Shown: positions 31,808 through 40,238 of the stretch, piece by piece
How the letters are laid out: the number at the start of each line of letters is the position of its first letter
Position numbering within the stretch: position 1 is the stretch's first letter
Origin: Elusimicrobiota bacterium
GTDB lineage: Bacteria; Elusimicrobiota; Elusimicrobia; UBA1565; UBA9628
Reading direction: 5' to 3'
Length of the DNA: 64,000 bases
NCBI GenBank assembly: GCA_027319565.1
Contig: DAHVNA010000001.1
Span: forward strand, 159,886-223,885
Notes under the pieces: model-generated
The model's database searches: none
Seen by the model: only the letters and a program-made list of their open reading frames with translations
What the model was told of the DNA's origin: nothing
Made by a program: the position numbers and the translations under genes

Positions 31808-34800
31808 TCATTTTTCAAAGAACGCGCCGAGCCACTCAAGAGCGCTTTGACCCTTAAGAGAAATGACGAGTCCGTCTCCCTGCTTGGAACTGGTAAAGCG
31901 AATATCTTGCGAATATTTTTGGGTCCAACGTTGAATCTGTTCCGGGGCGATTTTTGCGGCAGAGCCGAAAATCAGCTCAAGCTCGTTTTTTCGTTGGGAA
32001 ATTTTGACGATTCCGATTTCGGCGGCCGATATTTTTATCCTAATGAGATTGAAAAGATTGATCACCGGATCGGGAAGAGGCCCCGCTAAGTCTTCCATTT
32101 CCTTTCGGATGGTTTCTAAATCCTCTTTTCTCGCGGAACTAAGCCTTCGGTAAAGTTCCAAGCGCTGCCTTTCCTCGGGGAAGTAGTCTTGGGGAATAAA
32201 GGCCGATAGCGGGAGATCTAGCGTCGTTTCTTCCGTTGGGAAGCGCGCGCTGGGGCTTTTCTTCTGGAGACTAGAGACTTCCTCCGTTAAAAGTTGGCTG
32301 TAGAGAGAAATTCCCACGTCGCGGACAAACCCGTGTTGGCGGCGTCCCAAAAGGTCTCCGGTTCCGCGAATCTCCATGTCTCGCATCGCCAGTTGCGCCC
32401 CGCTTCCCAAGTGGCCAAATTCCTTGAGCGCCTCAAGGCGTTTTTGCGCTTCTTCCGATATTCGGGAAAATTCCGCGTCCTTGGGATAAAGAAAATAGCA
32501 GAACGCTTTTTTTGATTCGCGTCCGATTCTCCCGCGCAATTGATAGAGTTGCGCTAGTCCGAACTCATGCGCGTCTTCGACGAGAAGAGTGTTCACCGAT
32601 GGAATATCAAGCCCCGATTCGATAATGGTAGAGGCCACTAAAACGTCAAATTTCTTTTTGTAGAAGTCCCACATCGCGCTTTCAATCTCAGAGCCTTTCA
32701 TCTGCCCGTGAACGATGACAAATCGAGTCGACGGCATTAAATCCTTGAGGTGATCCGTGGTTTCTTTCAGGGTTCTGACGCGGTTGTGAACATAATAGGC
32801 TTGTCCGCCGCGGGCGATTTCCTCTTCGATGGCGCTAATGACAGTTTCTTCGCTCCAGGGCAAAATGCGCGTCGTAATCGGCAAGCGTCCGGCGGGGGCG
32901 CTCTGGATAAAAGAGAGAGATCTCAGTCCCGACAATGCTTGCCCGAAGGTTCGGGGAATTGGAGTGGCCGACAAGGAAAGAACGTCTAGCGTCGCGCGAA
33001 AGCGCTTTATTTTTTCTTTATCTTCGACTCCAAAGCGGTGTTCTTCATCGATAACAGCCAACCCCAAATCCTTAAACCGGATATCTTTTTGAAGAAGCCG
33101 CGCGGTGCCAATGACGATGTCGACACGCCCCTCTGTCAGCTTTTCAATGACGGCTTTTTGCTCTGAGGGGCTTTGAAAGCGGGTGAGAAGACCCAGGCTT
33201 ATGGGATAATCGGCGAATCTTTTTGAAAAACTCCGGAAGTGTTGCTCGGCTAGGATGGTAGTCGGGACCAGAACGCAGGTCTGTTTGTTTCCCATCGCGC
33301 ATTTAAAGGAGGCGCGCATCGCCACTTCGGTTTTTCCAAATCCGACGTCTCCTAAAACTAAACGGTCCATCGGCTGGGGCTTGGACATGTCTTCTAATAC
33401 CTCGGCAATTGCGCGCGCTTGATCGGGAGTTTCTTGATAGGGAAATTCTTCGGCAAACTCCCGTTCGAGGGGATTATCCTTGGGGAAGGCATATCCCGGA
33501 GATGAGGCGCGTTCGGCTTGGGTTTTAAGGAGCTTTTCGGCCAGTTCTCTGACGCCTTCCCGCACTCGTTCCTTGATTTCTTCCCAGCGTCTTTGATCGA
33601 GGCTTGAAAGACGCGGGCGCCCGGAAGAGCCCGAGACGTATTTTTGTATGGCTGAGAACTCGCTCATCGGCAGATAGAGAACGGAGTCTCCGGCAAATGA
33701 AAGCCGGGCGCATTCAACCTGTCCAAAGCCGGGCGAGCGAATCATTTGAAGCCCGCCGTAGCGGGCGATCCCATAATCGCGGTGAACGACATAGTCTCCT
33801 TTTTGAAGATCCGAAGAATGGAGGCGGATCGGAGAGGGAATCGGGTAAGACAAGGCGCGGCGATATCTCCGATTGAAAATTTCCGAGGAGCTGTAGAAAG
33901 CGACTTTAAATTTCGGATGGATAAAACCGTTTCCAATTTCGCCGATCAAAAATTGGCAGCTCTCTTTGAGCGAATTGGGGAATATCTCTTGAATTCTGGA
34001 ATTCTCGCCTTGGTTAAGACTGTAGATAAAAACCTTAAATCCTTCTTGATTGAGTTTTTGAATTTCCTTAAACGCCTGTTCGGCGATTCCGTCCGTCGGC
34101 GGGTTGGATCTCGCCCCAAAATCGATATCTTGACTGGAGGTCTCAAGAAGGCGTCCCGCCCATATCCAACGCTTTTCGGGCGCGGTAAAATTTTCTGGCA
34201 GGACAAGACCGTCTTCCGCAATCCACAGCGCGTTTGAGAGAAAACTTTGACCGAGCCAATTCCATAATGGCGCGGAATCGATCTGGGCGCTTTCGGAAGA
34301 GGCGGGAACGGCTTGGGCTTTTAAAATAGTTCCAGAGCTCATTTGCGTGCCGGGGTCAAAGGAGCGCAGGGAAGCGATTTTATTTCCATCAAAAAGAATT
34401 CGCGTAGGATTTTCGGAATTGGGGCTATAAAAATCAAGGATCGCTCCGCGAATCGCGAAATCACCGGGAGATTCGACGAAATCCGAACGCAGGTAACCCA
34501 ATTGGATTAAATTTTGAGCGGCTTCATCGCGATTGAGCGCGGTGTCAACAGAGAAAGCGAGAGTTCTCTGTCGGAAAAACTGCGGAGAGGGAACTTTGGC
34601 CTCCAGGGCTTTAAGATTTAAGACAAATAAAGCGGTGTCGGGATTAATGAGCGAAAGGTTTTTGAGCCTTTGCGGCTGGTCTTCTCCAAAAACAGCGGAG
34701 ATTAATTTTAAATTTTTTGGAAACAAGGGAGTCAGCGCGGAAAAAGCGGAGTTGATTTCTTCAATGCGCTCTTCCTCGTTGACGAGAAACACGAGCGGAC

Positions 34801-34900
34801 CGTTTAAAGCCGGGAGAAAAGAAATTTCTTTTTTGGAAAGATAAAGTTGCGCGAGGTACGCCCAGGCGGAAGCGGTCGGCAGTCCGATCAGGCGCGGCAT
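31808..34900 (-). CDS. mfd: Transcription-repair coupling factor
   Basis: CarD-like YVVH..YGI, GDVGFGKTEVA, DEEHRFGV, QLRGRIGR, TRCF C-terminus. Confidence 0.95.
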   Translation of the reverse strand: MPRLIGLPTASAWAYLAQLYLSKKEISFLPALNGPLVFLVNEEERIEEINSAFSALTPLFPKNLKLISAVFGEDQPQRLKNLSLINPDTALFVLNLKALEAKVPSPQFFRQRTLAFSVDTALNRDEAAQNLIQLGYLRSDFVESPGDFAIRGAILDFYSPNSENPTRILFDGNKIASLRSFDPGTQMSSGTILKAQAVPASSESAQIDSAPLWNWLGQSFLSNALWIAEDGLVLPENFTAPEKRWIWAGRLLETSSQDIDFGARSNPPTDGIAEQAFKEIQKLNQEGFKVFIYSLNQGENSRIQEIFPNSLKESCQFLIGEIGNGFIHPKFKVAFYSSSEIFNRRYRRALSYPIPSPIRLHSSDLQKGDYVVHRDYGIARYGGLQMIRSPGFGQVECARLSFAGDSVLYLPMSEFSAIQKYVSGSSGRPRLSSLDQRRWEEIKERVREGVRELAEKLLKTQAERASSPGYAFPKDNPLEREFAEEFPYQETPDQARAIAEVLEDMSKPQPMDRLVLGDVGFGKTEVAMRASFKCAMGNKQTCVLVPTTILAEQHFRSFSKRFADYPISLGLLTRFQSPSEQKAVIEKLTEGRVDIVIGTARLLQKDIRFKDLGLAVIDEEHRFGVEDKEKIKRFRATLDVLSLSATPIPRTFGQALSGLRSLSFIQSAPAGRLPITTRILPWSEETVISAIEEEIARGGQAYYVHNRVRTLKETTDHLKDLMPSTRFVIVHGQMKGSEIESAMWDFYKKKFDVLVASTIIESGLDIPSVNTLLVEDAHEFGLAQLYQLRGRIGRESKKAFCYFLYPKDAEFSRISEEAQKRLEALKEFGHLGSGAQLAMRDMEIRGTGDLLGRRQHGFVRDVGISLYSQLLTEEVSSLQKKSPSARFPTEETTLDLPLSAFIPQDYFPEERQRLELYRRLSSARKEDLETIRKEMEDLAGPLPDPVINLFNLIRIKISAAEIGIVKISQRKNELELIFGSAAKIAPEQIQRWTQKYSQDIRFTSSKQGDGLVISLKGQSALEWLGAFFEK

Positions 34901-35809
34901 TTAGGTTAAGGCGACTTGGCGCGCGAGCTCTTTGAGAAATGAGGATCTTAGGCTTGTGTCCTTGCAAAGAGACTTGAGATGCCGGGCCTGGCTTCCGTCT
35001 TCGCGGGCCAAGAAAACCCGCATTTCAATTCCCTCGGGCTTAATCTCGGCAAAGGCGCCCAGCGGAGTCGAGCATCCGCCGCCGACCAGGCGCAAGAATT
35101 CTCTTTCCCATTCAACCGCGATTCGGGTCGGCCCGTGATCGAGAATTTGAGAAAAAAGACGCAGATCGTCTTTGAGGCGGGATTCAATGGCCAAGGCGCC
35201 TTGCCCGGGGGCCGGGACCATCGCGTCAAGTTCAATGAAGTGAGCCAGGGGAATTTCCCGCTTAAGCCTCTTGAGTCCTGCGGCCGCTAAAATAATTCCG
35301 TCCAAGGATTTTTCTTCCAATTTTTTTAGCCGGGTGTCTACGTTGCCGCGAAGAGGTGTTGTCGTCACTCCCGGAAAAAGGATTTTGGTCTGGATTTGTC
35401 TTCTCAGGGAAGAAGTGCCGATTTTGTGTTCCGCCTTAAGCTCTTTCCATTTAAGCCCGTCGCGTCCGATAAAAACGTCTTGCGGGTTTTCCCGTTCCGG
35501 GTAGGCCAAGATATGGAGTTCTTCCGGAATTTCAGCGGGCATGTCTTTCGCGCTGTGGACGGCTAAATCAATTTCTTTTTTGAGCAGGGCTTCTTCGATT
35601 TCCTTGACGAACAGCCCCTTGGTCCCTTGGGGAGACAAGGAGGCGGCATGCGCTTCCTGGGGGGAATGATTCTGAAACAAATCTCCCGAGGTCTTGATGA
35701 TTTTGAGTTCGGTTTCTACAGAGGGGTCTATTTCCTTAAGTCGGCTCTCAACCCAGTGGCTTTGGGCCAGGGCCAGGGGCGAGCCTCGCGTTCCAATTTT
35801 TAGCTTCAC
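34901..35809 (-). CDS. hemC: Hydroxymethylbilane synthase
   Basis: GTRGSPLAL.Q, KGLF.KE, VHSAKD, GTSSLRR, RGNV.TRL, GGGCS.P. Confidence 0.96.
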   Translation of the reverse strand: MKLKIGTRGSPLALAQSHWVESRLKEIDPSVETELKIIKTSGDLFQNHSPQEAHAASLSPQGTKGLFVKEIEEALLKKEIDLAVHSAKDMPAEIPEELHILAYPERENPQDVFIGRDGLKWKELKAEHKIGTSSLRRQIQTKILFPGVTTTPLRGNVDTRLKKLEEKSLDGIILAAAGLKRLKREIPLAHFIELDAMVPAPGQGALAIESRLKDDLRLFSQILDHGPTRIAVEWEREFLRLVGGGCSTPLGAFAEIKPEGIEMRVFLAREDGSQARHLKSLCKDTSLRSSFLKELARQVALT

Positions 35810-35849
35810 TTAATCATTGTAGAAAATTCCAATTTTCTATAATCACGAG

Positions 35850-36920
35850 ATGCCGCAAAAACCGTTTCTTAAATGGATCGAAATTGATTTAAAGGCCATT
35901 CGCTCTAATCTTGATTGGATTATTTCCGAGTCAAGGCCCCTGACCCAGGTGATGGCGGTTTTAAAAGCGGATGCATATGGGCACGGGATGATTCCCGTGG
36001 CGAGAGAAGCGGTCAAGGCCGGCGTTCCTTTTATAGGGGTTTTAAGCGTGGATGAGGCCCGGCAGCTTAGAAGCGCGGGAATTTCTCATCCTCTTTGTTT
36101 AATGGCGCCGATTTTGCCGTCCCTGGCCGAAGAGGCGGTTAAACTTAAAACTTCGGTGACGGTCGATAATCTGGAGCAGTTGCGCGCGCTCAATGCCAAG
36201 GCATCCTTTTCTCATCCCGTTTCCGTCCATATTGATTTGGATTTCGGCCTTGGCCGTTGGGGAATTTCTCCGCGGCGGATAGCTTGGTTTGTCTTGAGTC
36301 TCAAGCGCTTTAAGAAAATCCGTTTTCAAGGCCTTTCCGCTCATATCGATTATATTCCCGGGAAAAACGCAGTCGAGGCGGAGGAAAAATTGCGCGATTT
36401 TAACCAGATCGCTCAGCGGCTTAAAAAAACGCATCCGGGTTTAATTTGTCATGCCGCCAATAGTTCTGTTTTTCTTGATTTTCCTCATTGGAGAATGGAT
36501 CTGGCTCGAATCGGGAATTTAATTTACGGAATTAACGCCGCGAAATCAAAACCGGTTCCGCTTAAAAATCCCTGGCGCTTTCAGGCGCGAATCGTCCATA
36601 TCCGCGCGATTGCCGCTGGCGAGTCCGTGGGATACGCGAGCGCCTACGTTTCTCCGAGGGAAATGAAGGTCGCGACCCTCTTGGCCGGATACTCCGATGG
36701 AATCACGATGGAGCCCGCCGAGAGGCTGATTCGCCTGGGTTCCGGCTTTGAGTATTGGGGAATGATGGGGAAAAACAAGACGCCGTTTATCGGCGGCTGC
36801 GGAATTTCCCATCTGCTGGTGGACGTTAGCGAAATTCCCCGCGCTAATGTCGGAGATATCATCACTCTTCCGGCGCGCCGCACTGCCGCTCATTCCCGGA
36901 TTCCGCGGGTCTACATTTAA
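35850..36920 (+). CDS. alr: Alanine racemase
   Basis: AVLKADAYGHG PLP lysine; HAANS; GESVGY. Confidence 0.9.
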   Translation: MPQKPFLKWIEIDLKAIRSNLDWIISESRPLTQVMAVLKADAYGHGMIPVAREAVKAGVPFIGVLSVDEARQLRSAGISHPLCLMAPILPSLAEEAVKLKTSVTVDNLEQLRALNAKASFSHPVSVHIDLDFGLGRWGISPRRIAWFVLSLKRFKKIRFQGLSAHIDYIPGKNAVEAEEKLRDFNQIAQRLKKTHPGLICHAANSSVFLDFPHWRMDLARIGNLIYGINAAKSKPVPLKNPWRFQARIVHIRAIAAGESVGYASAYVSPREMKVATLLAGYSDGITMEPAERLIRLGSGFEYWGMMGKNKTPFIGGCGISHLLVDVSEIPRANVGDIITLPARRTAAHSRIPRVYI

Positions 36921-36937
36921 TGATAGACAGCTCTCAA

Positions 36938-37005
36938 CTGGGTCTTTTGCCGGGAAAGCTCTAGGCCTTTTGGCCCTTGGGGTCTGTTGTATTGTTCGAT
37001 ACAAT
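36938..37005 (+). promoter_or_regulatory. Bipartite operator plus -10 box (copy 2)
   Basis: CTGGGTCTTTTG-N11-CTAGGCCTTTTGGCCC-N23-TACAAT; matches 8926-8993. Confidence 0.7.
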
Positions 37006-37075
37006 GATAAGGCCGGATAAAACGGCGCGGGAAAGTGCTTAAAATCGCTTAACTCATATAAAAAGGAGAATTCCC

Positions 37076-38911
37076 ATCAAAAAAATAACTGCCTGGGCGC
37101 TGGCGGCGACGTTGACGGTTTTATCTCCGGGGCTTTCTTCTTATCAGGCCTTTGCGGCGGAATTTTCAGAACCAAATCCTGAAATTTCTTCTCTTGAGTT
37201 GCGCAATCCTTCCGCTTCTAATCCTCTCGGTCAAGCTCCTTCCATTGAAGAATTTCAAGACCTCTCTGTCGAGCCAAAAACTGGCGCGGTTTTGCCGGCG
37301 GCAGAAGCGGCGGAAACAAAGGTTTTAGAGTCCAAGCCTTCTCTGCCCCAGGCGCGCGCCTTACCCAAGAACACTGCGAAAACTGCGCCCGCTTTTTTCC
37401 CGACTCCGAAAGAATCTTTACCGCAAGGCCGCCGGTTTTTTAGGAGTCTTGTCAAAAAGATTTCCGGTGTATCCCCGGCGTCAAGAAAAATTTCACTGGG
37501 CGTTCTTAACCGCCTCTTTGATCGGCAAAAAAAATCCAGGTCTTTATCTCTTCCAAGCGTTCAAGATATTTCAAGACCTTCAGCTCACAATCTCGCGCTT
37601 AAAGCGGGGCTTTCCGGCGGTGTTGAAAAGCCCGAAGTTCGACTGCCCATTGAAAGCGCGGGAAACTTGGAAGACGCTCCTTCGCCCAGAAAATTTAAAT
37701 GGCTGAGAGAAATTCAAGAGTTGCCTTCCCAATTTTTGTGGAAATATGTTCCGGGTTGGTCTATCGCCGCGATGGGGGGAGAAATGCAGGCGGTGGCTCT
37801 TCCGGTGTTTACCGCGCAGGTCTTTGGCCTTTCCCAAGCCATTATCGCTTCCGGCGTCAATTTGATTGCCCGCATTCCCGGCGCTTGGACCGGAGCTTTT
37901 TTTGTCGGCCATTTTAGCCCCAAGGTCATTAACAACGCCGCCTTGATTATTTCCGCTTTAAGCGGCGGACTTGTTCCCGCAGCCATTTTTCTTCATTTAT
38001 CCCATGCCGCTCTTTTGGGAGCGTTTTTGCTGGGGTCGGCTTTGTCGGGGTTGGTCTACGGCGCGACGCGGGGAGTGACCGAGAATTTAATTCCTCCGCT
38101 TTTGATTGCGGATAGGTCCCAGCGGGAATTTGGCCTTAACTACGCCTATCAATGGGTGGAGTTGAGTTCGATTGCGATGGCGATGATTTCGGTCCCGCTT
38201 CTTCATGTTTTCGGTGGAAGCGTAATGCTGGGAATTTCCAGTTCCTTTTTCCTGATTTCAACTTTATTTTACGCTTCTTTAAAGCTACATAAGCCGAACG
38301 CTTCTCCCGCTTCTCCGGTAGCGCTCGATAAAACTTCCGAGAAAGGGCTTTCTTGGCGAAATTATGTTCCGTTTGTGTTCTTTCGCTTAATGCATTTTTC
38401 CCTGTATGCGGTTTTTGCCGCCGCCATTTCCCTGGGAATTCTTCACTCGGACAAAATGACCGGAAATATTATTGGGTCTTACGACTTTGGAAGCTGGGTG
38501 TTCGGGTTTTTAGCGACCATGGCTCTTCTTCCTAAAAAAGGGGAGAGGTCTTGGACATTTTTTGGAGTGGGGACGGCCTTGGCGTTTTTGTGGGCCAGCT
38601 CTCTTCTTTCCATACCCGCTTTATCGATGGTCCTTGCGGGGGTCATGGGCGGCATGATCATGATTAATTCCAACAAATGGATGAGTCTCTACCAAGAAAA
38701 ACTGCATCAATCCAAACTCAAAAATCTCTCTAAATGGATGATGACGGCTAGTATCTTGGGGACTCTCCCTATCTTTATCGCCGCCAGCCTAAGCCAAATT
38801 TTCCCCGCCTGGGCCGCTGTTTTGACGATGCCCCACATCATCATCTTCGCCAATATTTTGGTGACGATCCTTGGGATTTTAACCCTTTTAGCCTTCAAAT
38901 CCTCCCGCTAA
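37076..38911 (+). CDS. MFS-like multi-TM protein with signal peptide and long low-complexity N-terminal extension
   Basis: AAGGAG RBS then in-frame ATC-KKITAWALAATLTVLSPGLSSYQAFA; about 200 aa linker; about 12 hydrophobic helices. Confidence 0.65.
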   Translation: MKKITAWALAATLTVLSPGLSSYQAFAAEFSEPNPEISSLELRNPSASNPLGQAPSIEEFQDLSVEPKTGAVLPAAEAAETKVLESKPSLPQARALPKNTAKTAPAFFPTPKESLPQGRRFFRSLVKKISGVSPASRKISLGVLNRLFDRQKKSRSLSLPSVQDISRPSAHNLALKAGLSGGVEKPEVRLPIESAGNLEDAPSPRKFKWLREIQELPSQFLWKYVPGWSIAAMGGEMQAVALPVFTAQVFGLSQAIIASGVNLIARIPGAWTGAFFVGHFSPKVINNAALIISALSGGLVPAAIFLHLSHAALLGAFLLGSALSGLVYGATRGVTENLIPPLLIADRSQREFGLNYAYQWVELSSIAMAMISVPLLHVFGGSVMLGISSSFFLISTLFYASLKLHKPNASPASPVALDKTSEKGLSWRNYVPFVFFRLMHFSLYAVFAAAISLGILHSDKMTGNIIGSYDFGSWVFGFLATMALLPKKGERSWTFFGVGTALAFLWASSLLSIPALSMVLAGVMGGMIMINSNKWMSLYQEKLHQSKLKNLSKWMMTASILGTLPIFIAASLSQIFPAWAAVLTMPHIIIFANILVTILGILTLLAFKSSR

Positions 38912-38921
38912 GTTTTCTCCG

Positions 38922-38971
38922 ATCCTTCTATGATCTAGATCATAGAAGGATTTTTTCCTTTCCTCTATAAT
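38922..38971 (+). promoter_or_regulatory. FNR/CRP-like site within a perfect 30-bp palindrome, plus TATAAT -10; may also terminate the upstream gene
   Basis: ATCCTTCTATGATCT|AGATCATAGAAGGAT; core TGAT-N4-ATCA; TATAAT 38966-38971. Confidence 0.7.
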
Positions 38972-39021
38972 CATTGGGTAGCTCGATACCTTTTTAAGCG
39001 AGATCTATAGCGAGGTCAATT

Positions 39022-39450
39022 ATGATCTACAAATTTGAACCCAGCACGATGGCGACCGGTCTTGACTCTCTCGACCACCAGCATGAAAACCTTTTTGAGC
39101 TCTCCAACCGCATGGAGACTTTGGCGCAGGGGGACCTTGATCATATTGCCGTTGAGCGCGCCTTGGTGGCTTTGAGAAACTACGGCTTGGCCCATTTTGT
39201 CCATGAAGAGCGGATGATGGATGTTTATATATGCCCGCTGGCCAAGGCCAATAAAGACGCTCACGGCCTTTTTGTTGAAAAAACCAAGGAATGGTTCAGG
39301 CGCTTGGGCGAGTGCGGGTCCGATTTGGAAATAAAGAGTTTGCTCTTTGAGGTCAATAAATTCGTCGGCGAGTGGCTGACAAAGCATATCTGCCGGGTTG
39401 ACGTAAGCCTTAAGCCTTGCATCCAAAACGTACAGAAAGAGGCCAAATAA
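39022..39450 (+). CDS. Bacteriohemerythrin-like protein
   Basis: TG...LD.QH..LF, HF..EE..M, N...H, WL..HI...D. Confidence 0.9.
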   Translation: MIYKFEPSTMATGLDSLDHQHENLFELSNRMETLAQGDLDHIAVERALVALRNYGLAHFVHEERMMDVYICPLAKANKDAHGLFVEKTKEWFRRLGECGSDLEIKSLLFEVNKFVGEWLTKHICRVDVSLKPCIQNVQKEAK

Positions 39451-39451
39451 A

Positions 39452-40225
39452 ATGAGTATTCTTCATCTCTTTGGACTTCCGCCTGCGGCTTCCAGTTATG
39501 CCGCGGATATTGATTTTGGCTTGCGGCTGACTTTTGCCTCTATTGTTTTTGTTTTCTTTTCCTGGAGCGTCTATTTAGCCTATTTGGTTTTTCGCTATAG
39601 AAAAAAACCTGGTTCCCAAGCTGAATACGAAAAATCCGAAGGGATTTCAAAAGCGATATTGCCGGGGGCCTTGGTTTTGGTTCTGGAAATGGTTTTGATT
39701 GTTTTTTGGGAAATTCCGGTCTGGGGAAAAATCAAAGAAGATATGCCGATGGGGCCGGATGTGATAGAAATCAACGTCTTGGCCCAGCAGTTTGCCTGGA
39801 ATATCCAATACCCCGGGCCGGACGGAAAATTTGGCAAGCGCAAAAAGGAATTAGTCAGCTTCTCAAATCCCATTGGGCTTGATTATAACGATCCGGCGGC
39901 CCAAGACGATATTGTCTTAGCCAATGAGCTTCATTTGCCGCTGGGAAAAACAGCTCTTATTCATCTGATGTCGATGGACGTGGTTCATGATTTTGCCGTT
40001 CCGGAATTTCGCATCAAGCAGGACGTAGTTCCAGGGATGGATATCCCTTTATGGGTTAAACCGACTAAGGCCGGAACTTATGATTTGGCTTGCGCGCAGT
40101 TGTGCGGTTTCGGACACAGCTTGATGGTCGGGCATGTCATCGTCCAGAGCCCGGAAGATTTTGCCGCATGGCTTAAAAGCAAGTCTCCGACTCTACCGGT
40201 GGCCAATTCCGCCAATAACTTCTAG
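39452..40225 (+). CDS. coxB: Cytochrome c oxidase subunit II (CuA)
   Basis: Two TM helices, QQFAW..YP, DVVH.F, CAQLCGFGHSLM. Confidence 0.93.
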   Translation: MSILHLFGLPPAASSYAADIDFGLRLTFASIVFVFFSWSVYLAYLVFRYRKKPGSQAEYEKSEGISKAILPGALVLVLEMVLIVFWEIPVWGKIKEDMPMGPDVIEINVLAQQFAWNIQYPGPDGKFGKRKKELVSFSNPIGLDYNDPAAQDDIVLANELHLPLGKTALIHLMSMDVVHDFAVPEFRIKQDVVPGMDIPLWVKPTKAGTYDLACAQLCGFGHSLMVGHVIVQSPEDFAAWLKSKSPTLPVANSANNF

Positions 40226-40238
40226 AGAGGTATTTTTG

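Noticed and set aside
40134..40238. Longer coxA start from the ORF track
   Set aside because: It overlaps coxB; the RBS and family N-terminus support ATG 40239
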